The translations under genes were made by a program, and so were the position numbers. Of a stretch of DNA of 64,000 bases, positions 27,415-40,999 are shown piece after piece. The DNA comes from Octopus sinensis (lineage: Eukaryota): NCBI RefSeq assembly GCF_006345805.1, contig NC_043018.1, positions 2,046,001 through 2,110,000 on the forward strand, read 5' to 3'. Below the pieces are notes generated by a model. It worked only from the letters and a program-made list of their open reading frames with translations, had not been told where the DNA came from and did not search any database. Each line of letters opens with the position of its first letter. The first letter of the stretch is position 1.

Positions 27415-28217
27415 TCCAAATTTGCTCCTATCACTGTAGATATTCTCGCAGTACAAATGTATTCGACAATTCTGTAGATTTTATAATTCTGTATATCTTT
27501 ATCGATAGCAGATGTATATTCGCCATTGTTATTTTTATTCACTGCTTAGTTGACAACCGTTTCTCGTTTGACTACTACTAAATACACAAACCCATCTTGA
27601 TCAAATTCCGTATCAATGTCCTCTACGTACGTTGTAAGCAGTTCTACTGATTTCATATCATATTAAAGCTTAAAGCCATAAAATTAAGCTGAGATTGACG
27701 TAAATTTTTAACTCGCATTACTCACATTTGCAATGTTCTTGATAAAACCGAGGAATCTGTAAAATATACCTTTGTGTATAGGGGAGTTAGATCCGCAATA
27801 CTATTCTTCCTCCTTGTCTTGTCGACAACCGATCATCGTAAATACGTAAACCCATCCTGATCAAACGTATCTATGTCCCGTACTTATGTTGTAAGCATTT
27901 CTAACAGCTTTGTCGTAGGATATTGTAGCTTTAAGCTTTAAGCCATAGAGGGAACGTGAGCTTGGCGTTAATTTGTATCTCTTCTACAGTTACTCACACG
28001 TAGCTCTTATTTGCATTCATTTCAATGGTCTCACAAACAGATAACTACTCGCACGATTTCAGATGATTCTGATTCTGAAGAGTATTCAACGTGAATAGCA
28101 GTTGTAGATACAGCAACAGCAACAATGGCAACAACAACAAAAAATTACTATCAACAAAATAATAAAAACATTGATGAAATCAAAATTGCAGCTTCGAAGA
28201 GCCTACACTACTAAAAA

Positions 28218-28375
28218 TGAGTGGCTGTGTGGTAAGTAGCTTCCTTACGAACCTCATGGTTCCGGGTTCAGTTCTACTGCGTGGTACCTTGGCTAAGTGT
28301 CTTCTACTATAGTCTCGGGCCGACCAAACCCTTGTGAGTGGATTTGGCAGACGGAAACTGAAAGAAGCCCGTATT
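28218..28375 (+). mobile_element. SINE family B 5' half
   Basis: gagtggctgtgtggtaagtagc...gacggaaactgaaagaagcccgt. Confidence 0.85.
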
Positions 28376-28541
28376 CATGTAATGCAATCTACGAGTGCAT
28401 GTGTGTATGTGTCAGTGTGTGTGTGGGTGTGTGTGTATGTGTGTGTGCAAGAGTGTATGTACGCATAAGTATGGAGCAGATATTCTTTTAAGCATATTGA
28501 TAACTCGACTGTCTTGGAGTTTCTTTCTTTTATATAATCTA

Positions 28542-28725
28542 TGGAAGAGTGCTGAAAAGTTGCTGGCTTTAAAAGTATCTTGAAAGATGTGGTTGGAGGC
28601 CCAAACTTCCGAGTTCTTTTACAGGTTTTAGGAAATTTGCAATAAGTTTATGAATTTGAGAGGGGAATATGTTGAATAAAGCCATAACCTGATACTCCTG
28701 TATTTTCTTTTACTCAAAGCCAGGA
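28542..28725 (+). mobile_element. mariner-derived internally deleted element (MITE)
   Basis: Left end gctgaaaagttgctggcttt with a partial inverted right end aaagccagga. It carries the transposase C-terminal 'NLRGEYVE*'. Confidence 0.65.
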
Positions 28726-28736
28726 GTACACACACA

Positions 28737-28823
<87 letters not shown>

Positions 28824-28870
28824 CACACACACACACGCACACACACACATGTTCACAAAATGTAACCACC

Positions 28871-28937
<67 letters not shown>

Positions 28938-28959
28938 CTATCTATCAATATATATATAT

Positions 28960-29015
<56 letters not shown>

Positions 29016-29024
29016 TATATATGT

Positions 29025-29205
29025 ATGAGAGGTTCCTAGCTGTAAGGATGTCGCGAAAGGCCTGGTTGGAGGCCCAAACGTCCGAGGCCCAAACTTCTTT
29101 TACAGGGTTTAGAAAAACTGAGTGACCACTGCAATAAGTGTGTAAATCTGAATGGAAAATATGTTAAATAACACCATAATTAACTGATCCTCCTGTAGTT
29201 CTCCG
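29025..29205 (+). mobile_element. Second mariner-derived MITE copy
   Basis: Homologous to 28542-28725 (ggttggaggcccaaac..ccgag; CNKCVNLNGKYVK*). Confidence 0.65.
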
Positions 29206-29694
29206 CACCCTTGCCCGTCAATATTTTCTAATAAATGTCAGTAAGGATCGTTACTATTTCCTTACCATTCCTTCCTGGATCATGTTGCACCATGTTTTTC
29301 CCCGGGTCAAATTTTGCATCGCTTATCTTTAAGGACCGTATGACAACTCACATTTAATCATAACTTCGATGATCATTGTGGGTCACACGAAATAATAGGC
29401 TGACACATACGAACATTTCAAAAATATTCCATGCTCAGATTCTACATTGAACGTAATTCTAGGAAAATTTCCGACTACGCCACTAAAAACTTTATTACTA
29501 ATGTACAACAAGGCGTACAGAGGCTGAGTATACAGGAAAAAAAGCCTCTAACAAATGCCTAGTTATGACGAGCCTTGTGTGCATTCAAACGTTAAATAAG
29601 GGATGTTCGAGGACGTTGATAGAGCAATCTGTGGAAGAATACAATGTGATTTCACCCCAAAAGGTGCCACATATCGTTAATCATTTAGTTATTC

Positions 29695-30095
29695 CAGTCA
29701 GTATGCCGCATCACCTTGAAGTAGTTTAGTCGAATGAGTCGACTCTTGTGTGTTATTTTCAAAACCTGGTACTTCTTCTATCGGTCGCTTTTAACGAATC
29801 GCTAGGTTACAGGTACCTAAACACACCTAAACTGGTTGTCAAGCAGTGGTTGTAGGAAACGACATACACATATGCCCACAAACGCACACGTACGCGCACA
29901 CGGATACACACACAGACGTATGTATATACGACGGTCTTCTTTCAGTTACCGTTCGCCAAATCCACTGACTAAGCTTTGGTCTGTTCGAGACTAAAGTACA
30001 AGAGACTTGCTCAAAATGTTACAAAGTAGGATTGATCCCAGAATCATGTGCTTGGGATGCATACTTCTTACCACACAGCTACGCCTGCGCCTGTA
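29695..30095 (-). mobile_element. Degenerate SINE family B
   Basis: Matches the family B core and head in reverse with many substitutions. Confidence 0.75.
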
Positions 30096-30694
30096 TATGC
30101 GTTATTCCATAAGAGAACTTACTGAATGCATGAATATGTAATTAACAAAACACACGAACCAAAACATTCATCGCACCAAAACACTATTAGAATATATATT
30201 ACCAAAACATTCTCATCAATATAAAATCACATGCGACAAAACCCAAGCAAAAGTTCGGCACTTTCTGCTTCCGGACCAAACATGTAAAACAAGGAACTGT
30301 TGTAGCATATTATAACAGATAACAGAAAAGAAAACTAGAATGATATTACTTGATATCCATCAATCATTTACAGTGTTTAGTAGAATATATATTCCTCCAA
30401 AATTATCGGATTAACCGTGAAAATGTTATTTATGCGAAAATACAAACCGGAGAACTTAACTCAGACATAGCTTCCGTCGAAAGAAATCGATGTAATTTGT
30501 ATCTATGAAAGTAAATGTTACACAGTTTTGAATCGGATGATGCTTTTTTTTATCACTTAAAGCATTCTCCATCTAATCGCTTGATGCGTGCAACAAAAAT
30601 ACCTGACGAACATGTTGTTTGGAAAATATACTGAAAGAGGTTTTCAGACGGTAATGTAATCGGACATTCGTTTTTTTTTTTTTGTTTCGTGCAG

Positions 30695-30764
30695 ATGTTT
30701 AGGCAAACGGACAACAACTGCATTAATCGGACGAATCTGAGACAGGAGCCCGCAAGGCGGACAG
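30695..30764 (+). other. Candidate 70-nt spliceosomal exon
   Basis: Strong acceptor (T13 gtttcgtgcag|) and donor (cag|gtattg); one open frame, MFRQTDNNCINRTNLRQEPARRT; unique flanks. No homology recognised. Confidence 0.35.
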
Positions 30765-31779
30765 GTATTGCATTTCCTTCATTGATTGATTAATGTAAAA
30801 TGTAGAAAATGCAATTTTTTTTTGCTCTAATTATTCCTAATATCATATTTTCGAAGACTCCATCTTAGGTTTCTCTCTTGTCATTTTGATTTTGATCTGA
30901 CGTCAGTCAGTCTTTAAGTTATCATGCCTATTGATTCTCTTATGTATATCTATCATTTGTCATACGAACAATATGGCCGAATAGTTAAATCATTCTCTGA
31001 GAACCACGACATGCAGGCTTAAGTCCCACGGTGTCTAATCTTGGGTAATTGTTATTCCATGCAGCCCCGGCTGGGCCAATGCATTATAATGGAAACTACA
31101 TAGAATACCATCGGTTGGATTGTACCTGAAATTCAAATGGTATAGCTTTGTCACAGAAGCAGATAATTTTGTTAATCAATCAATCGATTCCTCACACAAA
31201 TGCTATAGGTGCATAATACATTTGAAAACAATGCGATTCGCATTATATGCCTTTTAAAAATTCTAATTTCCCTGCTTGACGTTATGCAAAACTCTAGCAG
31301 GAAGCAGTGTGAGGGGCTTTCCCGTTGCTGCCACGGTTTTGGAAGTGTTGAAATTGTGAAATTTAGTGACGATTTTCAAATTTGGTATATACATGTAATT
31401 TTCAAGCTGATTACGATTTTGTTGGTCAATTGTTCCAGAAAAAGTTTTTAAAACATGTTATGGAGGTTGAAAGTTTGATAATTGTTTTTGTCAATGAGAG
31501 AACAGGATTTAGATATTGTAATTTTGTGCGTGATAGCTGTCTATGACAACATTACGAAGCAAACTTGTAAGAAATTTTATTAAAGTTTTACCAAGTTATA
31601 TTGACTAAAGTCGTGCGAAATGTTGGAACAGCCATGTAAACAATATAAAAAAGAAAATACTCAATCCATTTTTGGCTTTGCGAAAATTTACAAATATACA
31701 AATTTTACGTCAAATTACCCCCCCCTCCAAAGAAAAATTCTGTAGTTCAGTTCATGTAAACAATATATTTTTCGTTTTT

Positions 31780-32747
31780 TCGTAGTGAAAATTCAAAAAC
31801 GAAAGTTTGAGATACATTCTTGGACTTCCTTCTCAACCAAATTCCAATCCTCGTATTTCCTGCCCCACATATGTATCCTTGAAAATACTTTTACTTAGGC
31901 AGCAACCACCCTTCGTCGGTTGTATTTAGGTCATGAGAAGAGACTTAGATTATCTCAGTAATCTTCTCAGAATCGCTTGCGTTGTGAGGCACATCCTCCG
32001 CACGACCTCAGAACATATCTGTTATAATCAACAACTGTCCAATCGCTCATCTTCAGTTCTTCAGTAGAAAACCGAAAGTCAATTCCTTGAGCCATGTGTA
32101 AAAGGGGGAAAAAAAGAAGTAGAGTCCCAAGAGGAAGGGTGCCCCTTTTCAACAATGTATCTTTTATAAGGGACACACACTCGTTGCATCCTTTTCGGAA
32201 GCACAGCCAGTAAGTTTTCCCGTGAAGCGTCTTGTTCATACCGAGTTTTTTTGTACATAATTTCCTTTTGTGGAGAACACTCTTCTGTTGCAAGCAAGTA
32301 GCCGTGACGTCCTCGGTTTTCAATTCCTACATCGTATTCGAAAGGGTAAAGGATTTGGCTGCGATCATAGAATTATTTAGGTTCAAAACGTCCAGGAAAA
32401 CACATGATTCGACATTTTGTAAATGAGGTAGTGACAAGACAAAAACCCAAAATATCCGTTCGCTTCTTAGGAAGGAAAAAAGAATAAACGAAAACAGAAG
32501 TGAAAACGACAAAAGTGCGTTGAGAGAAGAGCAAAAGAAAATAAGCGTTTCTCAGAACAAAAGCAAAAAAACAAAAAAAAACAAAAAACAAAAAACAAAA
32601 AACAAAAAACATAAGAGTGAAAAGAAGGAAAATGACAAAACGAGGCCATACGAACGTTCAGAGAATAGGAATTTATCAAGGAAAATGACAGGTAAAGACA
32701 ATACACGTAGTTGGCGGTTTAAGCAGACTATATCTTAGCATGTTACC
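31780..32747 (-). pseudogene. Merlin (IS1595/ISXO2-like) DNA transposon relic
   Basis: HGKTYWLCFRKGCNECVSLIKDTLLKRGTLPLGTLLLF...EELKMSDWTVVDYNRY fits the ISXO2-type N-terminus (WRC...C...SIR-GTFF...L+L...E+-+S--T+VDW). Downstream DNLSLFS*PKYNRRRV resembles IDESLF-RRKYNRGR. A possible terminus 5'-GGTAACATGC lies at 32747. Confidence 0.7.
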
Positions 32748-33397
32748 ATGGGGATAGGCACCAATATGTCTGTCGATTTCGATTGGCTAAAACTTACCCA
32801 AATTTCCCAAATTAGCTTTTATTTATTAATTTATTGCAAAAATGAATTTCATTTCTAAACATATAAACTGCATCTGCACAACAAATTAGAGAACAATTGG
32901 AGCAAAATAAAAATAAATTGCAAACTGTGACAGCAAGAGGCAAGATAACAGAGTGATTATTATTAGATAGTAGGTAAGATATCGATCTACCAATTCAATG
33001 GTCACGAGTTCTTTTCACAACAGATATTTCGTTTTATATATTTAGATAGGTTTCTTATTTCTACGTTGCATCAGTTCACTAACATCAGGTAAAAAGAAGA
33101 AGAAAAACAAAAACAAAAACAAAACGAGAACAAAAAAAAAGACATTAAGAAGATTCGCTGATAACTTTCTTCGCAACCATTCTAATTACATTTCTTTTTT
33201 TTTCTTTTGCCGGCGCCAGATATGTATGTTTGTATGCATGTGTGTGTGTGCTCTCACTCGCGTGTGCATATATGTCATTCTACGTATGCGCGTGCATGAA
33301 GATGTGCGTGGGTGTGTGCTGGGAGCACGTGTGTGTGTGTTGGGGGGCATCGTACTTTTAGAAACGTCGGTTGGGAACAGAAAATTGCTTGGTTTTG

Positions 33398-33399
<2 letters not shown>

Positions 33400-33431
<32 letters not shown>

Positions 33432-33565
33432 GGCAGTAGTAGTAGTAGTAGTAGTCGTAGTGGTGGTGGTGGTAGTAGTGGTAGTAATCGTCGTAGTAGT
33501 AGCAGCAGCAGCAGTAGTAGTTGTAGTTGTAATAGCAGTGGTAGTTGCAGCAGCAGCAGCAGTAC

Positions 33566-33607
<42 letters not shown>

Positions 33608-33622
33608 CAGTAGTAGTACTGC
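33400..33622. repeat. Compound (ATT)/(AGT)/(AGC)/(GGT) trinucleotide repeat
   Basis: Direct reading. Confidence 0.9.
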
Positions 33623-35352
33623 TATTACATTAGCTAGAACACGAAACGCACATCGCTGCGAGTGAGAGATAACAAATGTCTCAGCCAATCAGGTGCGCCA
33701 TATATAAGAAATCGATAACAATTTACTGTTCCTGTTGTTGTTGTTGTTGTTGTTGTGATAGGAGTAACAGTTCTAAATAATGCATCACATTTAGGGCTTG
33801 TTTACATTTCTTAGGTTCTTCTGCATTATTTAATCTACTCCTCTCCCTCCCCCCCATCTCCTCTTCGTTCTTCATTCATTCTTCTTTGCTGTTTCTGTTC
33901 TTTTTTCTTCTTTTTTGATTATTCAACTCATTTCAAACTCGTTTGTTTTATTTGTTATTTGTTTCCTTTTTTTGTTTTTGGTTTTGGATTTTGTTAGCAC
34001 CATCAGTTCTTCTCGAAAATTCTTCTACATCTCCTTCCAACGCTACCCCCGCCGAAGTAATCATAGTGCAGATGTTGCTAAAGTGCAGTGCACACGCAAT
34101 GCATATTTTGTACAAATCTGATGTAAATGTTCTGTAAACATATGACTTCAATGAAATAAAAAAAAAATACTGAAAAATGAAATTAAATAGAATATAATTA
34201 TATTATAAACTAAAAGAAAAAAAAAGGAAATCTAAACATGTATAGATAGAAAAATTCAAGAACATAAATTAAAGTATGTACACTAACACACGGAAAAACA
34301 CTGACGCGAACTGACGCAAAACGTACACACGAACACACAAAAATACACAAACGAAAACACGCAAAAATATACAATCAAACACACAGAAATATTTACATGA
34401 ATACTTAGAAAGATATACACAGGAACACGCATAGAAACGTACTCGCGCAAAAATATATGAACACACACCGATGTATACACACGGTCACACACGGAAATAT
34501 ATATATATACACGCGCATATGCAATAATGTACGTGTGAACGCGCTCAAGTATACACACATACTCACCTGTGCATAGACAACATTCACAGGAACGCATTCA
34601 GAGATAAACACATAAGGATGTATTCACATGGATATATAGAAAAAATGTAGGTAGGAACTCACACAAAAATGCATGCATAGATACACAAAATATACACGTG
34701 AACACACGCAAAAATATGTACACGAAAACAAACTCACACACACACACACACACAGAGGAAAACATGCAGTCGCACATACATACACAACAATCTGCCACAT
34801 GACGTTGTGTAAACAAAACTATAAAGTTTGTTTCAGACGAATTTGAGATTGACAAAAGTGATATAAAAATTCATTCACAATTTCACATCACAGTTTGTCA
34901 AACTGAATGCAGAGACGAAGAAGACCAACCAGAAACAATAAAAATCATGGAAGTAATTAAACCTGTTGATAGAAACTGAAGTGGAAAGGAACAAAACAAG
35001 TGTCTAGAATTGTTATTACGTCAAGAGAAGGAAAACTTTAGAGAGACGAAAAGCAAAAAAACGTTGGAGTTTCTGTTGTATGAAGGCAAACAGACAAAAC
35101 ATGGCTATACACACGTTTTCACTAAAGTAAACTGAGTGTAAGTACGCATGCGTGAAGACGAATGCATGCGTGTGTAAGTGTACGTGTGGACTGCGAATAC
35201 ATTTACTTATATATGTATATATGTATGTAGAAACACCCAGGTGTACATATATAGTTGTACGCATGCGAAACACGCTCAATCATGATTATATATTTATAAA
35301 TGTGCACACAGATAAAATTACATGTATATATATATACACATATATATGTATG

Positions 35353-35420
<68 letters not shown>

Positions 35421-35845
35421 GTGTATGTATGTATGTATATATATGTATACACACACAGACACACACATATATATGTACATATGTGCACATCTAGATGTAT
35501 ATATATGTATATATATATGCTTATACCTATATATATATATATACGTGTATATATATGCAAATATATGTATTTGTATACATCTATGTACATATATATATAT
35601 ATACAAATACATACATACATGCATATATAGGCATAATGTATATACATGAATACATGTGTGTATTCAATGAATGTTTATTTCATGATTCGCATTTCAGACC
35701 AGAACAATTCATCGTATGTTTTATGTGTTCATCTTTGTATATGACATTACTTACTAAAGTCTACATGTTCTATAACGTTATTGCGTATTCTGACTGCAAC
35801 TTATATAAGTTAAATACAATTTCAACTTTTCCACATTGTCACTAT

Positions 35846-35920
<75 letters not shown>

Positions 35921-36033
35921 CACACATATATATATACATACCTATATATATATACATACCTATATATATACATACATACATATATATATATATTATATAT
36001 ATATATATATATATAATATATATATATATATTA

Positions 36034-36065
<32 letters not shown>

Positions 36066-36092
36066 TGTTATATTTCGGAATGGTCATATTGC

Positions 36093-36143
<51 letters not shown>

Positions 36144-36148
<5 letters not shown>

Positions 36149-36213
36149 TATAGAAGGAGCTTCTACAGGACTAGAACTAGTTCTAGTCCTGTAGAAGCTC
36201 CTTCTATAAAATA
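36144..36213. repeat. Perfect 70-bp palindrome, no spacer
   Basis: tattttatagaaggagcttctacaggactagaact|agttctagtcctgtagaagctccttctataaaata; centre 36178/36179. Confidence 0.97.
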
Positions 36214-36283
36214 AATTACTTTACTCTGCTATGTATTGAGTACCTTATTACTGTGGTTAACCCGACTCAACCCGGGACCTAAC

Positions 36284-36328
<45 letters not shown>

Positions 36329-37189
36329 GTATGTACATATATGGTGTGTACCAGATGATGGCATAACCAATTTGTAGGAACTATGTTCAGAATGTTAGAT
36401 AACCATGAATTATAAGAAGCAACATGGTATTCTTTTTCTCTAAGGGAATAAGGAAGAGCAATTCGGGAGCAGAAAGATGGATTTAAACAGCATAAGACCT
36501 GACTGTCACAACTCTGTGGAAGCTTGATTCGGATGGGGGCGGAGTGCGAATGTTTCGATGCAAAGATCTGATATGGTGGAACGTTTTATCCTGTCAATAA
36601 TCGCCTACTTGTTGACGAATGAGGGTAATATAGAGAAGACATATAAAGGGAGTGACTTTAAATAGGTAGTATAATTTGTACACTGAGGTATGAAGATAGT
36701 GGAGATGGAGCAGGTTATTTTTAGTAAAAGGGGGACGCCGAAGATTTTGTGCTATTTCGAGATATCTAGGATGGTGGCCGTTGAATTAAGATGACGTGGA
36801 GACCGCTGATTTGACAACTTGCCAAGGACACAGAAATAGGATCCGTCATAGATGAAACTAAGTTAAGAGAGAGTGAGAGTGAGAGCGAGAGAGAAAGAGA
36901 GTGAGTGCGAGAGAGAGAAAAGAGAGAGGGCGAGGGAGAGAGAGAGAGAAAGAGTGAGTGAGAGAATAAGAGAGAGAGAAAGAGAGATGATTTTGAAGTT
37001 GTAATGTAACCATATTATATCGTTAGAATCACTTGAGCTAACTCGGGAAATACACATGCCTGCGTGTAAGTATGTGTATATATGTATGTATATGATGTAA
37101 GTTTGTATGCCAGTGTGTAATTATACACGTGTGCGTGTGTTGGATATTTTTATGTATGTAAGTATGTGCATGCATACATATACATGTAT

Positions 37190-37554
37190 GTATCTTTTTG
37201 TGTGCACAGTGTGTGGCAGACGATGCCTTTCTTTTGCTGGGCTCAAATCTCATTTGCGGACCCGTGAGAAACAAACGTCTACCCACTATTCTGGCAATAT
37301 ACCCAGGCACACCTTTCAATGCCGTGTATGCCATAAGGTCTGTAAATCTAATGGAGGCCTCAAAAGACAGTTTAAGATTCACAAAGATCAGAACTTCACT
37401 GCCGGTCTTGGACGTCCAAATGAGATATGCAATCTATGTTGGTGTGTTTTCAATACAGTGTTTGGTTTAAAAAACCCACATCAGATGCCATGATGAATCT
37501 AACGTGTAAGTAAAAGAAGTTGTCAAACTCTGCATAAGAAGTAGACAACCACCG
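37190..37554 (+). mobile_element. Probable RTE-type LINE 3' end encoding three decayed C2H2-like fingers
   Basis: CTVCGRRCLSFAGLKSHLRT, CRVCHKVCKSNGGLKRQFKIH and CNLCWCVFNTVFGLKNPH, with no TGEKP linkers. A short tail runs into (TCTA)n. Confidence 0.6.
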
Positions 37555-37569
37555 TCTATCTATCTGTCC

Positions 37570-37668
<99 letters not shown>

Positions 37669-37780
37669 CATCTATCTACCTATCTATCTATCTATCTACC
37701 TACCTACCTATCTATCTGCCTGTCTGTCTATCTGTCTACTCTTTCTGTTTGTCTGTATATATATATATATATATATATAT

Positions 37781-37990
37781 ACCGGAGTAAACACCTAAAT
37801 GTGAAACAAGGTAGAAAAAAGAGTACTCAAATACCAGTGGTAGAGTAATATGCTTTATTTAAAGCAGCAGAAAATTCAACAAAACCTGTTACTCTGAGTT
37901 TCCCGTTGCCGTTCATCGGACAGTTTTTGCAACGGCAACGGGAAACTCAGAGTAACAGGTTTTGTTGAATTTTCTGCGGCATTAAATAAA

Positions 37991-37993
<3 letters not shown>
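37781..37993. mobile_element. Penelope-like terminal-repeat relic with 63-bp inverted duplication
   Basis: Arms 37851-37913 and 37931-37993 (3 mismatches); contains a hammerhead on the minus strand; embedded in (TA)n. Confidence 0.65.
37886..37923 (-). ncRNA. Minimal type I hammerhead ribozyme motif
   Basis: Minus: CUGU-CCGAUGA-A CG GCAA CG G-GAAA-CUC A GAG-UA|ACAG. Stem I is 4 bp, stem II has a GNRA loop with an A-G mismatch at its base, and the cleavage triplet is GUA. Confidence 0.75.
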
Positions 37994-38046
<53 letters not shown>

Positions 38047-40259
38047 TGGCAAGGCTGGCCTGCCAATATACAACATATATTTGAATTTTCTCTGACTCCT
38101 CAGAGTTTTTGAATGCTGGACTACTGGTTTTAAATTGATATTAAAATTAATATTAATTTATCTCCCTCAATTTTTAAATATATATTTATATATATATATA
38201 TCCATCTATGTATCACAATTAATGTATATACACTGTTGACGGGCAGAGTACTGCGGTTATCCTTTGAAAAAAATAATCCTTTTAGTAGGAAAGTGGTGTG
38301 ACTGCAAATATCCGGCATTCACAGGGCATGAGAAAGCCAAAATCCGGGTCTTCTCAGTAGTGGCTGACTGAGCGACTCTTTGGTTTTTTTTTTTTGTTTT
38401 TCTTTATCTCCGATACATAATTTTATTTACACAGATCTCTATAAAGATTTATGGCCGTGAACTGTATGCATTCAATGCAACACGCTAATATAATATATGT
38501 GTGCACGCGTGTGTGTGGACCTATAACATTCCATATCTCGATATATACGTGCGCGCACACACACACTCCTTCACGCACATTGACCTTGCATCTGTTCTAC
38601 ATTTCCTGTATTATCACATTATCTCCGGAGGTCACATATAAAGAATTTCATCATTTCTTTTCCTTTTATTTATACAGATGACATTTAGAATTTAAAACGA
38701 AAATACAGTATCACAAATCAATCATCGACGCAGACAAGTTTAAATGGAAATTAATGAAAAACTAGATTAAATATAAAAGAAACTGTTATTTTATGATTGA
38801 TGAGCCAATAAATTTCAACCTATATTTCAGTGGAAAAAAATATATTTTGGGTTTTAAATTTTCTACAGAGAATTTCTACCAAACATAATAAATAACAACC
38901 ATGATATTGGAAAAATGTAAACCCTACATCCGTTGTTAAACGAAATTAACCATACACCATTACTTCTCACCTGGAAAATAAAAATATATTTCTTTAAAAT
39001 AGGGAGAAATATGCACGCTTACTTGCGAATGTTGAAATTAGTTTGTTAAATTTACCAATTATATAAAGCTTTGGTAATTAGCTTGGTTTCCTGGAATAAA
39101 TTTATTTTAATATTCATCTCGCTGGTATTATATAAACCGAGAGAAATTTTATATAATACATAAACGTGCAGATTCAGTATGTTTAAATTTAAATTTTATT
39201 TAAGTTCCGGAGGTGATCTGCAAGTATCTATGAATTTAATTTTTTCTCACTAGTCTGTAAACTGAATTAGCGCTTATGGCGTCAACAACTAAGTCTTAGC
39301 ATGTATTAAACATGAAAGAAACACAAGAAAACGGCTTATTAAAATACAATTTATTTCCTTCTGGTTGTCGGGCATGATCGTACATCCGACCAGCAGTTTA
39401 ATACACACTCTATAGGATAAAACCTTATCTATTATAATGAATTTGGTTGAGTATTATTTTGTACTGGTTAGTAATAGAAAGCAAGGTTAAAATATCTAAA
39501 ATAAAAATAATAAAATAGTCGAGAAAAATGGAAAAAATCAATAAAATTAATTATTCAAATGAATGTTTCATTAGCATGTCCAACGGTTAATAGATATTTT
39601 AAAGGAAACCCTTACAGTTTTAAATTTGTTCCTATTATCATAATGAGTTTTAAATATTTTAATATGGGAAAGAGTATAAAAAAATGAATGAAATACTTTT
39701 AATGAAATTTTTCTTGTGAAAGCGACAAAATTCCTCGAATTGAATTGGACATAAGAGAATAAACAATTACAGTTTCTTAATTATAGTTTGTTAATTAGTT
39801 TTTGATACAGTTATTAAGAAGTTTCGTGAATATTTTAAAAGAAAACAGTAAGTTTCCGATACAATTCATTAGTTTGGAATTTACAACTGCATCATCTTTG
39901 CGTAGAAGTATGTATATTTGGATGTCTTTCTCTATGTATACATGTATGTATCTATGAATATACGTATGTATCTGTGTATGTGCGCGTGCGTAGGTATGTG
40001 CGCGTACGTACGTGTGTGTGAGTGTGTGAGTGTATGTGTGTGACCGTATGTGAAATACGTTTGTCTATTCAAATAATGGTAGAATATCAGACACACGCTG
40101 TCTTAACTCCATTCCTGGGAAGTGGCTAAATTAATAAATTAATAATTAAAATATTTAAAAATATTGAGCTGTTTATTAGTTTATTCTGTCTTGTTTGCGC
40201 GATTGTTGAGCGCCTATATTTATGTATATATATTATATATATGTTATATATAATATATA

Positions 40260-40300
<41 letters not shown>

Positions 40301-40574
40301 TATATATATATTTATCATATATATAATATTTATAATATATATATGTATATATATATATATATATGTATATATAATAATATGTATATGTATCTAATATATC
40401 TAATATATATGTATATATCTATATATATAAATGTATGCACACACACATACTTATAGACATATACAATTGTGTGTATTTTTTTGCGAGTTACTTATACATA
40501 CATACACACACACACACACATATATATATATACATATTTATTTATATACATACATATATACATACATGCATAAA

Positions 40575-40999
40575 TACATCTACACGGCATTGAGTATCAT
40601 AAAAATACCAGAAGTGGCCGCCATTGTATTGTACCAAATGTACTATCCACTCCATCTAAAATTCAGGACCAAGAACTGCAATAATCTAGGGATCAAAGGC
40701 CCACACTTCTTCAGTGTACAACCACAAATCTGCCATGAAATCTGCATAAGGTGGAAGTAGATGTCTTCAAAACTGAACTAGACACCCACCTCTCTACAAT
40801 CCTTGATGAACCAACAGCCCGACATGAAGTGCAGACGTGGAGCAGCGGAAACAATTTCACTTATAGACCAAATGGGGTGTATAACAGCTGGGACAGAGGC
40901 AGGTACAGGAACGGTGATGTGCAAACACCCCAGACTGAGGAAGGACCACGGTGGTACTCCAGCATGACCGCATCCCTATGGCTGAAACGAGTTGAAGAG

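Noticed and set aside
28070-28105. CTGAAGA followed by the hairpin tattc/gaata
   Set aside because: It lacks the GAAA half of the core.
34270-34800. A/C-rich cryptic repeat
   Set aside because: A degenerate expansion of CA-type simple repeats with no fixed unit or structure.
36340-36860. Possible minus-strand Jockey-like LINE remnant
   Set aside because: Only a faint 'LDISK' resemblance; too decayed to call.
38700-39900. Repeat-free AT-rich stretch with a small gtcgg/ccgac hairpin near 39365-39390
   Set aside because: No ORF, splice pair or recognisable RNA motif; it needs cross-species alignment to assess.
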